A stretch of 64,000 nt of DNA. Source: Xylographa opegraphella. Taxonomy: Eukaryota. Every line of letters begins with the position of its first letter. The stretch's first letter is position 1. The position numbers and the translations under genes are program-made. Below the pieces are notes generated by a model. That model did no database searches, was not told the origin of the DNA, and was given only the letters and a program-made list of their open reading frames with translations. This document shows positions 13,956-27,177 of this stretch, in pieces. The DNA is taken from contig JALDZX010000002.1 in assembly GCA_022813865.1 (NCBI GenBank), forward strand, positions 496,001 to 560,000. The letters are read 5' to 3'.

Positions 13956-14634
13956 GCAACGAATATGCTGTTCTTGGCCTTTGTGTAAAAACCACAAAAG
14001 CTATGGTTGAAGCGATTCTGCGGCGCTGTGTGGAGATTCCGCAAGGCAACTGCGGTCGAAAGAAAAGCGCTTCGCTGACTATTAGAGGACTTGGCCGAAA
14101 CTTTGGTGCTAAATATCTGCGGTTTTCAAGATTTGACGCCTTTTGAAACAAATGCAAAAAGTAATATAACTTGCATTCGTGTTGCCAGGTAACTAGCTAT
14201 ATTTGATAAATAAGCGAAACTTCCAAGGTTCTTCGTTCGTCATGGCACTAACCCTTAATAGCTTATCCTATTCTAGGACTAGTGTGCCTACGTCTGACAC
14301 GGAGCGACCTAACGCCAACTTCTCCGCATTCTTGGCATAAACCCATCGAGTTCAACGGCTATCCCTCTGTGCACCGTTCGGGTGAATACAAAAGTCCATT
14401 TATCCATTCATGATTGGCATGTAACGACCGACCACGCATCCGCGATCCACTCAACTCTGCATGAGAGGCTTAGGCGTTCGAATGTCATTCCGATCGAACT
14501 CCCGGGGAGTAGGGACCACTTTGAAGAGCTGTTTCCCTTAGGGTTTGGATATCACAGCTATAAGAAGGTCTGTCGGTTGCCATCTTCCAACAACAGCCTA
14601 CTTTCCTTGGCCTTGTGTGAAGACCACAAAAGCT

Positions 14635-17485
14635 ATGATGTTGACTTCAATCTTAGTAACTATTGCGGCTATATCTAATTCCCCGACTCTTGTCGGAGCA
14701 GTGCCACATAGCGGCCTGCACTCGAGACAGGGCACCTCTTACGTGAATTATATCAACGATACTCGTAACAATGCAGCCAATGTCGAGCTCAAGATTTCTA
14801 CCCTGGGTGGTGGCCGCAATGCAACCGCGCCCCTGCTCTATGGGTGGATGTTTGAGGACATCAGCGTTTGTATTCCGGTCTTTTAAGGAACAGTTCCGTT
14901 CACTGAAGGCTCACTAGCATTCTGGAGAGGGCGGACTCTATGCTGAAATGATCGTCAATCGAGCCTTTCAAGGTACTTCCGAGAGCAAGCCTGTCGCGTA
15001 GTGAATACCAATTCTTGATAGGTTCATCTTATAACACCGGCGTTCTTCCCCAGTTCCCAGGGTCATCCATCATATCTGGCGAGGATGGGGCTTCGATCGT
15101 AACGGCTCCTACGCTCCTCGGATATGATTCAATCGGCGGAGCTAGGCTGATGTTGGATAATTACCATCCACTTTCTGATGCGTTGCCGACGGTCATGGAA
15201 GTAGACATTCCCTCAAACGCAACAGGCGAGGTTGGATTTTTAAATCTTGGTATGCCTATAGCTCTTCATCCCCAATCTAGTTTTCGAAGATGTCTTCTCT
15301 CATGATTTCTCCTCATTACTGCTGCGAAGCCGTCCACGGCGCTGAATTCGTTGAATGGAAGCTACATTTAGAAAGAAAACGATCCGCAAAGAGTTCTCTG
15401 GATTCGGTTTTGCACGTTAGTCATGTATAAACCGCTATATTTTGCTTCTAGTATCGCGCCTGTTTCTATCGTACCAAGGCTGACTGTAATAGGCTGGTGG
15501 GGATTTGATGTCTCACCTCAGACATATACAGCTTCGATGTATATACTTGGAGCTAGTGGAGTCCGACAGAATTATGGCAATCTTACTGGCATCAACGTGT
15601 CTCTCCGTTCCAATGCCACTGGGGAAATTTGGGCCACTACCAAGATACCTGTGAGTGGAGGTCTTTCGGACTTTGATTATACATATTTGAATACCACTCT
15701 TGTCAACAACGTTTCCGCTTCTGACGTCAACAATGTATATGCTGTTACTTTCGATGCCGCGGAAGTAAATGGTAGCACTTTTTACTTTGACTTGATCAGC
15801 TTGTTCCCAGAAACTTTCATGAACCGTCCCAATGGACTCCGCAAGGACCTTGCTCAGGCCGTGTATGACTTGAAACCAGCGTTTCTCAGGTTTCCAGGTG
15901 GAAACAACATCGAGGGTAATTCTGTTAGCGATCGCTGGATATGGAACAACACCATTGGGTTAGTCGATCTTGCGGACATCTGTATATTTCACTAAAATGA
16001 TGAAAGCCCGTTGAAGGACCGAAAAGGACGAGTGGGAGACTGGGGTATGGTTTACAGATTTCGGGCAACGCAACCACGCTGACCAAGGTCAAGGTTACTA
16101 CAATACCAATGGTCTCGGACTTTTGGAGTTTCTTCAGTGGACTGAAGATATGTCTTTGGAGCCCGTTCTAGCGGTCTACAGCGGTTTATCATTGGACATC
16201 TTCGGCTATCCAGGTGGTACCTCATACCCTGAGAACAGGATGGGCGATGTTGTTCAATATGCGTTGGATGAACTTGAGTATTGTATGGGTAACACAAGCA
16301 CCTATTGGGGGGCTCGTCGTGCCTCAGATGGACACCCAGAGCCGTTTCAGATCAAGTATGCGATTTTTTGAACTCGTTGTAGTTGATTGCTGACGCTAAC
16401 AAAAGTTACGTTGAACTTGGTAATGAGGACTGGTTCTCCGGCACGTATCCATATAGAGTAGGCTAATGCGTGAGCAAAATGGTTATGGACCTCGCTGAAT
16501 CGGCATACAGTTTCCGGTTCTCTATAATGGACTCAAGGCCGCATATCCAAACATCACCCTCATTTCTACTGCCTATAACGAATCCTTCAGTCAAGGGTAC
16601 AACTGGACGATTGATCTCCCTGAAGGAAGCATGTGGGACACGCATAATTATCAAGAACCCTCGTTTTTCCTGGAAGAATTCAACAATTTCGATAATTGGC
16701 AGGAGCAGACTCACAACCCGAATGTTACTGTACTACTCGGAGAATATTCAGTGTACTCGGTCGATAACCCGAGCGGTATCGTCAACTACTCAAACCCGGC
16801 AAGCGAACATGTCCCATATCCACGTCTTCTCTCCGCCATAGCAGAATCGGTGTATCTTCTTGGCGCTGAACGGAATCCGAACACAGTCAAGATGTCGTGT
16901 TACGCACCAAGCTTTGCCAATCTGAATGCACCCAACTGGACGCCCAATTTAGTCGATTTTACGGCAAGTCCATTGAATACCACCAAGTCCGTCAGCTGGT
17001 ACTCCCAGTCTCTTCTAGCACATTATCGAGGCACAGAGACGCTTCCGGTCACAAACACCGAGGGCGATTTCAATCCGTTGTGGTGGGTCGCGACGATCGA
17101 TACTCCTAGCAATGCGATATATCTCAAGGTATGATGCCTCTCGTTCTTGGGCCAGTCTCCCATTTTCTGATACCGTGAATCTCTCAACTAGGTAATCAAT
17201 TCCGGTAACAATACCATACCTCTCACGGTCGACCTTGACACGAATTACACGGGCATTAATGGAACCATTCTGGTGAGGTTCTCTTCTTTGCTTCATATCA
17301 CCGCAAGGAGCTAATATTATGTGTAGACGAGTCCGAATCTGGACGGGTCGAACTACATCAACAACGAAACGGCGATAGTACCAGTCCCTATCTCGAACCT
17401 GCCATCTTCTAGCTCTAGCAACTCGTGTACCTTGTCATGGGGTGTGCCCCCATACTCGATCTCGGTTCTACAATTCGATATGTAG
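14635..17485 (+). CDS. Secreted GH51 alpha-L-arabinofuranosidase (AbfA-like), many introns
   Basis: Signal peptide, LYGWMFEDIS|HSGEGGLYAEM, RPNGLRKDLAQ...FLRFPGGNNIEG, ELGNEDW (acid/base), LLGEYS (nucleophile), GAERN...CYAP. Confidence 0.9.
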
Positions 17486-18556
17486 ATAGTAGCTAGCAGC
17501 ATCATGACGGGTTAGGGAAAGATTGGCCAACGACCTTTCAACAAACGAGCGCGAAATGATTGATGATTGCAGCCTGGTGGCTAGTATAATCTAGCATATG
17601 ACGAAGGGTCTCCCGTAGCAAAAGTGTGAATAGATTATCATCAACATCCGTGCTGTAAGCTGTTTCATTGCAGCGGTCCGCCGCAACCAGCACCCTTTCG
17701 ACGCCTTGCCCAGCCACAAGGCGCTCGAGCGAGCATTCCACTGGTCGCTCCTTCTTAGACTTGCAGTCCGTAGTCAGACCTTCCAGAGCATCAGCGGTTT
17801 TTATAGAGAATTTTCTTAGCTGTGGGACGGCGCATGATTCTGCTCAACATTGTGTTTGGTGATTAGGCTGCCATCGTAATGATTATCACTGTTGTGGTCG
17901 AGCATGGCAGCTTTATCAGCCAGTAGTGGTTCTACTCAGCTAGTGGGTCTACCAGCCCAGTGCGTTGACTATACCGTGGCTTTCTTTTGGGTGACTGTAA
18001 TACGGTTTGGTAATCACTACTATCTAATGTGTAGGCGTGGATATAAGTATGGGGAATAGTTGAATATGTTCTGGGTATTGCAGCAAGCTTGCTGTAGGTT
18101 AAGGAGTGTGAAGGTGGAATATTGCGAAGCAGGAATGTCTGCACCGCACTCCGTAAAACCAACAGCGACACCAAGGCTTGGTCCATTCGAGTGTACGGAA
18201 TAGATACGAACGTCATTGTCATGGGCGTCAATTCTAGGTGTCAGTTCTGGCTTTCTTTGCGGTCGCTTCCTGTTCCACGACCCATCCAATGGGATTCAAT
18301 TGAAGAACCAGGTGGGGTGCAGGTCTACGAGGCTGCGTGACGCCCACAACCTAACTTCGTGTGGGCGTTCTGCTACGCTCTCCAAGCTGAACAGTTCCTC
18401 GTCGTCTTTCTTCTTCTTTCTCGCTCCAACTGACCTTTCGACGGCTATACTTCCTACGCATTGAGAACATCGCAAAAGACACGACCGTCGACAAAAGGAT
18501 TTCATTCTGCTACATATCTTACAGCTGTGAGCTTTACGCTTTTCTTGATTTGCACC

Positions 18557-19851
18557 ATGAACAACTTCGCCATACCCGGACTCAACAGCGACGACGAGAA
18601 CTACTTCGACTTTGAAGCCGCATCCTCGGACAATTTCTGGCCCAGCACGCGCAACAGTCTTGTTCAGCACACGCCGAGAGATCAAGATGATGAATCAACC
18701 CACACCATGACTCTCACTCACTTCGAGAAAGAAGCCGTCCTCGCGGCGAGAGCCTCAAATGTTCAGGACGACAATCAATCTTGTTACCTGATGCCGCCCG
18801 AGCTCCCACGCCACACCACCAACCTCTTTGGAGCTGAGGAGTCTGGCCCGTCTCTAGACTACGATCAGGCTGGAATCCCATTGGCACCAAACTTTACCAA
18901 CTTCGTCGACTTCGACGCGCCGCATTGCGGAAATACAAAGTTCAACGCATTGGATGCATTCAGGGCCTTCGAGCAGCCTCAGCTTGAGAAGCCGGCTGAA
19001 AAGATTGGGGCACTCACGGATTCTGCGCTATAGAACTATGCCACTGGCCAATCAGGGTAAATTTTTTTTAGAATTACGCTAACGGGGCGTTATCGGGTCC
19101 TCAAACTAGTCGACACATGAAACAAGTTCTCCACAACGACTTCAGCAACAGCATCAATACTTCGCCATTTCCAAACAGCGATCCTATTTTGCAACACAAT
19201 CATTATGAATCGATAAGGCAAGCATGGTCGGTGGGCAATGAATGTCCGTGGCCGAAATGTACTTCGAGAGCGTTGTTCCAGACGAAGGCTTCGTTCAACA
19301 TGCATTTCACTAACATCTATACCAATCCTCTACTGTGCCTAATCGCAAATTGCCCGCAGACAACACCGTTTGGGAGATTGTCCGACCTGAGACGTCATCA
19401 GCAATCAGCACATTCAGTGGAGCGGAAATATGTCTGCACTGTTGGTTCATGTGATGCTCGGATCAAAGAATTCGCTCGAAAGGATCACCTCACCAAGTAT
19501 ATGAGAGAAAGGCACGACAATTACTTCTGTCCGACGAGTCACTGCCGTCACAGCACGAAAAGCAGCTTTGCTAACCCAGAGGCCTTGGCCGAGCATATAA
19601 CCACCGACCACGGGTCTTATGAATGTGCATTGGGAGGTTGTGCGCAAGCGCCGGCGTCCAAATTCACCTATAATTCTTTGTACTTACATTTGTTGAACCA
19701 TCATTGCATGCGCGGATACCGTGCATTCAGAACGGAAAACCGCTTATCCACCACTGTCATCGAAGCCGATCTCCGAGGGGATTCTTACGCCGAATGCAAA
19801 ACCTGCGCAATGCGGTCCAACATCGCTGGACAGGCAGCCCGAGAATCCTAG
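18557..19851 (+). pseudogene. Multi-C2H2 zinc-finger gene, probably pseudogenised
   Basis: About 5 CxxxxC...H...H fingers in 19117-19851. In-frame TAG at 19031-19033 lies before a putative intron donor (~19057), and two ligand His codons read TAT (Tyr). Confidence 0.55.
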
Positions 19852-21051
19852 TGTGTGTACTCAATGCGTAACAGTGGTTATCCACCAGCTACCATGGCTA
19901 TGGTCCACTGCATGGCAAAAGTGCAACCCGAAGCGGAATCCGAAACTGGGAGTTTCACTTTGTTTATCGCGCAATGCCTTTATAATGGAACCTCGGTATT
20001 GCTTTGGGCGTTGAGCTACAAGGACATTTCTTCACGACGCTCATTACCCTTTCGGACATCTTCAGTCGAGCTTCGTTAGTTAACATTGGTCAATTTGGTG
20101 TCGGATATGAAAATCTACTTGCAGACCCTTCCGCTCATTGCCGTCACCTGCTTCGTGACAAGTTACCTGCTGTTGTTAAGCACCACTAGTTGACAGTATT
20201 GGTTCGACAGGAAGTAACACCAAACTATCCTTACCCCCACAACCTAACCAAGGAGGTCCCCAATGGCCATGATGCAAGGCTTTTAACAGCGACTCATCCA
20301 TCACTAGCCAACCCGCTCTATCCACCCTCCTTACCCCCTGTCTCCCCTCCACCCATCAACCAAGCCCCTCTCAAGACTCCCACCCCCACTCCACACCCCT
20401 CTTGCGAGCTATACAATCCGGCTCCCTAACGTCACGTAAACTCAACGTCCAAGCCACAAAGGGCATCCACCCAACCTAAGGCTATCACAGAACCCCTCTA
20501 CATAAAAGCCCTGTATCCTGAATGAACCAGCAGAAGGAGAATTATCCCAAACGGGCAAACGTGGGAAGATAGACCACGGCAAGGTTGAAACCACGAGGGA
20601 GGCGGGAGGCGAAAAAGGGCGTGGTGGGGTGGTAGGGGTGGGGTTGCGCGGCTCGGGCCTGAAAGATAGGGGTGGGGGGGGGGGGGTGTTTCCCTGATCG
20701 GTTAGACTCCCTTATCTAGTGCGATGCTAGACCTTAGCGAGAAGAAGAAGGCCCGAGGGTAATGTATCAGAACTGGCGGAAAACTTCCTCTGCAAAAAAA
20801 CCCAGTCCCGTGGGGAATCCACGCAGTCCTCGTGATTGAACATGTCTCTCAGCACTTCTGCTTTCTCCCGCTTACGTGTCAGGGCAGGCAGGACAAATGG
20901 GTAAGTTCCAGCTCGCGGGATACTTTTGCGCAAGGTGTGTAAGGTACTATATACATGATTGACAGTAACGCTCCCAATGCTAGAGCCACCACATGCCCCC
21001 TGATTCCATTCACCCCCCCGAACCACCCCGGTAGTACCCAACCCCCGCACA

Positions 21052-22930
21052 TCAAGCCCCTATAGCCTGCGGATTCCAAAACACCAGCGCGGGGTCATAG
21101 GTCTGCTTGAGCGCGAGCAGCTTGGCGTAGACGGCATCGCCATAGTACAGGCTATGCGCCTCGGCGGCCGAGTAGCTCGGGTCGACGTAGTTGAGGTACG
21201 CGGTGAAGGTCGTCTGCGGCTGGGCGTTGGGGATGGCGGCGTTGAGGCCGGTGACGAACGGCTCGATGGCGGACGGGAAGGCGCCGGCGGTGTTGCTGGT
21301 GAAGCCGTAGTGCTGGAACACCCAGAAGGAGGAGCGGTCCGCGTAGGCGGAGGAGGAGGGGTCGTGGGTGTTGATCTGCGAACCGGCACCGCCGTAGAGG
21401 TTGATGATGGAGAACCAGGGCTGTTATGGGGGGGGGGAGGGGTTAGTGTGGATGGATGATGAGGGAGCTCGAGAGAGAGGCTTACGTTGGGAGCGCCAAC
21501 GCCATTGGCGATTATGTAGTTGAAATAGCTTGTGAGAGCGTCGGAGGTCAGGGGATCGCTTTCGGGGGAAACTAGGCTCTTGGCGAACTTATGTTTTTGA
21601 TCAGCTGGAGACTGGAGCGCGGCAAGGCGGGAGACTCACAAAGTCGTCGTGCGCATTGTAGTTTGTGAGTGGCTCGGATAATGATGTTGCCGATCCCCCG
21701 GTTGCTTGATATTCGAGGGCGGTGATCCAGTCCACTTCTTGTACTTGCTCGTAATTCGGAGCCGGAATGCTGCGAAGGAGCTCTGGGGCAATCTGTTATG
21801 GTTCGTCGAGTCAGCATACCATGTTTGAGGAATCAAATAGGGTTCTGTTCAGCATACCGCATTGTTGAAGGTGTCAAGGCTTCCGAAGTAGATGCCGCTG
21901 ATGCTGAAATCGCTTCCGTCCATGTGGACGCCGAAGCCGATATCCTGGTCAACGACCGTTGAGTTCAGTGCAAAGTCTTGCCAATGAAGGATGGTATTTG
22001 TCATTGTCTCGCTCGAGGTGTACATGTCGGGAAAACCGTAATGCCAATACACCAAGCTACTCGGTGCAGGCTGCGTTTGCAGATAGAAGTGCGTCACAAC
22101 GCCGAAGGATTCCGCAGCTCCCCGAAGTGCCTGGAATTAGTGGGTCAGATTAGTTGCGCCATGAATGATAACGGTAGCTATCCACGTAGTACGTAGGAGA
22201 CCTGGGCCTGATACAGAGTGTACCAAAGCACTCACATAATAGATATGCGGATAGACCGTGGACGTAGCTTGTATGAAGCTACCGTTTGCGAGGACAACGT
22301 CCATTGCAACGATGGTGTCCAACGCCAGACCCCACTTACGCGAGTCATAGCCGTACCCTCCATGAGTAAAATGGCCTCCAATCCCTACACCAGGACAGGT
22401 CCCATGCGGCAGAGCACGCTGTGCTTGGTTGTAAATACCCAAAGCCAGATTTCCAAGTCTGACGCCGCCACCGACGGTTGCCACTCCATTCTCATCGACA
22501 CTGATGTCCTGGAAATTTTCTAGATCAACCACCATGGCGCCATCTTCGCCCCCAGAGCTGAAAGAAGCGTATGAGTGGCCACCACTTTTGGCCTGGTTAA
22601 CGGTAAGCACAAAGTGAAGAGTCGTCACTTGAGGATTTGAAGTCCGCATACTTGAACTTTGATGCCACTTGCCGCAGCGCATACCACTGCATCACTGATA
22701 TGCTGTGGAGTGGTAGGAAGCACGATGACGACAGGAACATAGGCCAAGCGGAAATTATACGGCTCTGAGAGCTGAGCAAAATTCGAGGACGAAGAATTGC
22801 TGACTGGTACATTTTTTGATGACAGACAGTCTGCGAGAGTACCGTCTCGCGGAGCTAGAGACGGGAAAGGTGATGCGAGTACATCTCCAATGAGGCAAAG
22901 CACGATTGAAACCACATGGAAAGGAAACAT
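21052..22930 (-). CDS. Secreted berberine-bridge-enzyme-like FAD oxidase (CAZy AA7, gluco-oligosaccharide oxidase-like), multi-exon
   Basis: Signal peptide, AKSGGHSY (FAD-linked His), ALPHGTCPGVGIGGH (FAD-linked Cys), ALRGAAESFGVVT, C-terminal BBE motif AYLNYVDP...YYG...LKQTYDP. Confidence 0.9.
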
Positions 22931-24688
22931 TATTAAAGATCGAATCGCACAAAGAGATGCTATTTAGACGCTCAAATGGGCAGCTTTTACTTTGAAGTAA
23001 TCCGCACGATGTGAATTGATTGCGGGTGTTTGAATGAAACGTTCATATTCACTACATATATAGTACCATGTTGAGATATCCGGGATGGGGCCAATTCTGC
23101 ATGACAGGCCACGCGCAAGGCTGGGACATCCAGCTATAGAGCGTCGACACGAATCATAAGACTGATCGACGAATGTCAGCTCGTATAGACGTCAAGGTGT
23201 ACTCTGTACGACCAAAAAATGGAAGGAATTCAGGATTTTAGTCATAGTGCAGGAATGGAGTGAGTAAATCCTCGTATTAAACCTGACCTGGTACACAAAC
23301 TTGGAAGCGTGACATTCAAACATCTAGATTTTGAAGGGCGGCTGTACATGGTACAAGACCTTGAAGAAGGAAAAACCAGGGATAGGTTCGCATTATTATG
23401 TAGAATGGATGCAGGATCGAAATTCAAGTCACCAATTTCGAAGCCTTTAATTTACCCGACGCTTCGAGCCCAGCACCAGGCGCTAAGTCCACTTTAGGAT
23501 AGGTCAGCCTTCATGTGAAATCAGCACCGGCAAGACCCGTGTCATCCGGGCCCCGGAAGACCCTAGTTCCTATGATTCTCTCGCAATATTACGGCGAATC
23601 AAGGTCGTTCAGTTTGACCAATTGGCGTATAGCGAGAAAGGGTGAAAGTATAGTACAGTACGAAGTGAACACGGCTGTACGCCAACCTCGATCAAATGCA
23701 TGAAAGCCGTGCCGCCAGAAGCATGAGACAATGTGGCGAGCAAGTAACTCGCCGCTGCGGGTGGATTCGAGCGACCTCCGTAAAACGCTCTGCCCGACGA
23801 AACGCGCGTAGTTCACTCGTCGAGGCGCGGCTAGGCAATGGCGCTTGCCAAGCCCTGCTTACCCGGCTCCGGCCAATCAGATACAGTCTGGCGGAGCGAC
23901 AGCTTCTGCGAAATAACGCTCGCCTCCGTAGCGGCTTGTCTCCGCCCGCAGTATAGACACATTTTCCTTGCACAATTCGCCGTTTCACATCTTCCTCGAT
24001 CGTGAGTGCTCATTGGCCCTCGGGTCTTGTCGTGAGCAGTCCACTCTCTTGAAGGAGCAATGACATTCAACAATTCGCTCTCCATCGGGCCAGGTCTGTT
24101 GGAAGTATTACTAGCATCGGCTATCTGCCTCTTAAATTCCTGATACATCAATGATTTCTCTTCGGGCAAGAATGGGTTATGATACTATTTGCGAATGTCA
24201 GAGGTATCTTGACCAGCGTTGTTTCTCGGGAAAGTCATGAGTTTACAGGCCCTCTATGCCTGTTTGATATGTTTTGTGGTTGTTCCCAAATCCTAGCCCT
24301 TGATCCAGCTGTGCGAGTTCGCCTCCTTACTAGCTATGCCGCACCCGCCTGAGCACTTGCAGACTCGGTTGATCTCTGATCCGTCTTACTGTTTATATCG
24401 TGGTACCTGGACGAGATTGCAGCAATAAGAATGACAATAGCTCAACTTGCTTATGCGGCATGAGCGGCATGGGATGCAGTCGTTCGCCGCCACCACCGCT
24501 GGTGGCTTTGTCGGATCGACTTTACTTCTCCTGTCATATTACCGTTTGCCTAAGGCACTCAGCCTACAAGTCTCTGGCACAGCGTTGAGCAATAAATATA
24601 CACGAGTCCCTCTGTCTATGTCTGGTCCCTCTGCCATCCTGACCAGGAGCTACAATTTTCACGTTTTGCACCGTACTAGCCAATCATA

Positions 24689-27177
24689 ATGCTACTGAAG
24701 CTCAAAGTTGCCGTGACTGTAGGTCTGGCCATAGTGCCCATGACTGTCGCTCAGGAATCAACGAATACTGCGATTTCTGCTTCCCAGCCTTCCAATCCCC
24801 AAGCAACAGGCTCAGATTCGTGCGGGAGCTTCGCAGCTGCTCAATCTAATTACATGCAGAATAATCCAGGTATGATCCCTCCAGTTCTGTTTCCTTTTGG
24901 ATCTGATGTTTTTGGGATAGGCCTGTTACCAGGGAAGTTCTTAGGCTCTGCGCGAGATGCACATGATTGCCTCGCTTCCATTTCTTTAGTGTCTGCCGAT
25001 GCACTTCAATTGCTTGGTATAGCCGAGCAGTATACACAATTCCATACTACCCTTGAATATTTGAAAGATCCTCCACCAAGCTACCAGCGCGAGGCCGTGG
25101 ACATCATGGGAAAGTTTGAAACACTTCGTACGAAGGTCTCAAATGGCACCATCACGGGACAATATGAGTTTGACCTTGAGCTTCAGTTACTTCTGAGGAG
25201 TGCACACGATGAACATTTCAGGATCGCTGCCGGTGTCTATGGTCTTTTCTCGTTCCAGCTGAGTCAACACGTTGTTTCTGTATCTCCCGATGGGATACAG
25301 CTGCCAAAGCCGTACGCATTGCCTGATATCATGGCCAAAGAGTCTCAAGGCTGGACTGCATCTGCTATACAGTCTATCGAAGGCCAAAGCGCAATAGACT
25401 ATCTTAATACGTGGTCCAATGCAACCGGACAATCTGCCACTATAGAGCCACACGCCGGCTGGAACGAATTGATGTTCAACAGTGCAAAGTATTTTGGAAC
25501 TCAACCGAATGCCGGTCCTCCAACCTCCTTCGCGAACAGTCCCGTCTACACAAAAGATACCCTGAATATCACGTTTGAGAACGGCACGAGTTCGGAGTGG
25601 CATTATTTCGCATGGACCGCGTACAATCTTGCTACAAGCAAATTCGACAGTGCCCAAAATATTTACAATAATTTTGTACTCAAGTCAACAACAACGTCCG
25701 GGACCAGTCTTACACGTCGCCAGTCCACGCCCGCTTCCTTGTCAAGTATCCCCTACCCCGGGTACCCGCCAAACCCCGTTACTTTGCAAGAGTCGTTCGG
25801 CAATGGAGGCTTTGTTTCTGGATATATACTGAATAGCTCACTTGCCGTACTAAGCCTGCCGACTTTTGAATCTTCCAATAGTGTGTCAGATTGTTCGGCC
25901 TCACTGGCGGTGCAGAGTTTCTTACAAAATTGTACTCGGAATAACATCAAGAAGATCCTTATAGACCTGCAAGGCAACGGTGGGGGAACTGTATTACTGG
26001 GCTACGACTTTTTCAAACAGGTAGGGGTATCTGAACAACGCATGGCGATAATTGCTAAACAGCGACCAGTTTTTCCCGAATATTGAACCGTTTGGGGGCC
26101 ATCAACTACGTTCCTTTCCCCAAGTAAATACTATTGGCCAAGCTCTTACTGCAATTACCGTCAATGACCATGGGAATTTTCCTCCGGATGTAGAGCAGGT
26201 TATTGTCCAAAACCAGGTTACACCTTATGATGCGGCTTTCTTCACCCAAGCAAATGGGACCACAATTGGATCATGGGGAGATATATCTGCTAACAATCAG
26301 ATAATGCTCAATGGCGACAACTTCACCCAGACGGTAAGCGTGGCGTAGTGTTTTTACTCTCCTCTGCTGACTTTACCTTCGGTAGTACCGCTTTGATCTT
26401 TCTCGATCAGACGCCTTTGCGCAGAGTCTTGGATGCCCCGTTTTCGGTTACGGTAACAGATCGAACACCGGGCCTCCGCCTTTCCAAGCTGAAGATATTA
26501 CCATCCTCACTGACGGGTATTGTGGCTCCACATGCGCCGTCTTCTCTGAAATGATGAAGACAGACGGTGGTGTCAAGTTCGTGGTCGTAGGAGGTGAACC
26601 ATCATATGGCCCCATGCAAGCCGTGTCCGGCACCCGAGGATCGAGTGTCCTTGCTTACGGTCTCATCGGCTCCTACCAAGACGAGATCAGGAAATACAGC
26701 AGTGAAGCCTCCTCGATTGGCCTTGAGCCAAGCGATATCGCTGCTCTGTTCGACTCGCCTACGACTCTCAACTACAACCTCCGCGACTCCGGAGTCAACG
26801 CCAGGAATCAGGTTCGCCGTGATAGCGAGGTCCCATTGCAGTTCATCTACGAGGCCGCCGACTGCCGCCTCTTCTACACCCCCGCTATGCTACAGGACTA
26901 CACTATTCTATGGCAAATGGCCGTGAACGCGGCGAGTAACAGTAGTCTCTGTGTTCAGGGCTCCACCGGAAACCCCACAGCTGGCAATCTTACGAGCACG
27001 GACGCGCCAGGAAATTCCACTGTGAGCGCCACTTCGTCCGTGGTTGGCATCACAGCTACGTTGCCTCCATCGGCAGTCCCTACAGCGACCGGTGCGCGGA
27101 GCATGGCGGACCATACTCGTTTCGCTGGCCAGCTTACGCTCGTTGCGCTTGGTTTGCTGGCGAGTCTGATGGCCTAG
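24689..27177 (+). CDS. Secreted peptidase S41 family protein with Ser/Thr tail and hydrophobic (GPI-like) C-terminus
   Basis: Signal peptide, AHDEHF, LAVLSLPTF, ILIDLQGNGGG, ILTDGYCGSTCAVFSEMM, VVVGGEP...MQAVSGTRG, PLQFIYEAADCRLFYT. Confidence 0.85.

Noticed and set aside
20330..20690. C-rich then G-rich tracts (possible G-quadruplex or inverted repeat)
   Set aside because: Low-complexity sequence with no clear extended complementarity that I can verify.
23242..24588. Short ORFs including a CxxC-containing 112-aa ORF (23831-24169)
   Set aside because: Non-ATG start, no family motif, and no support for a gene model.
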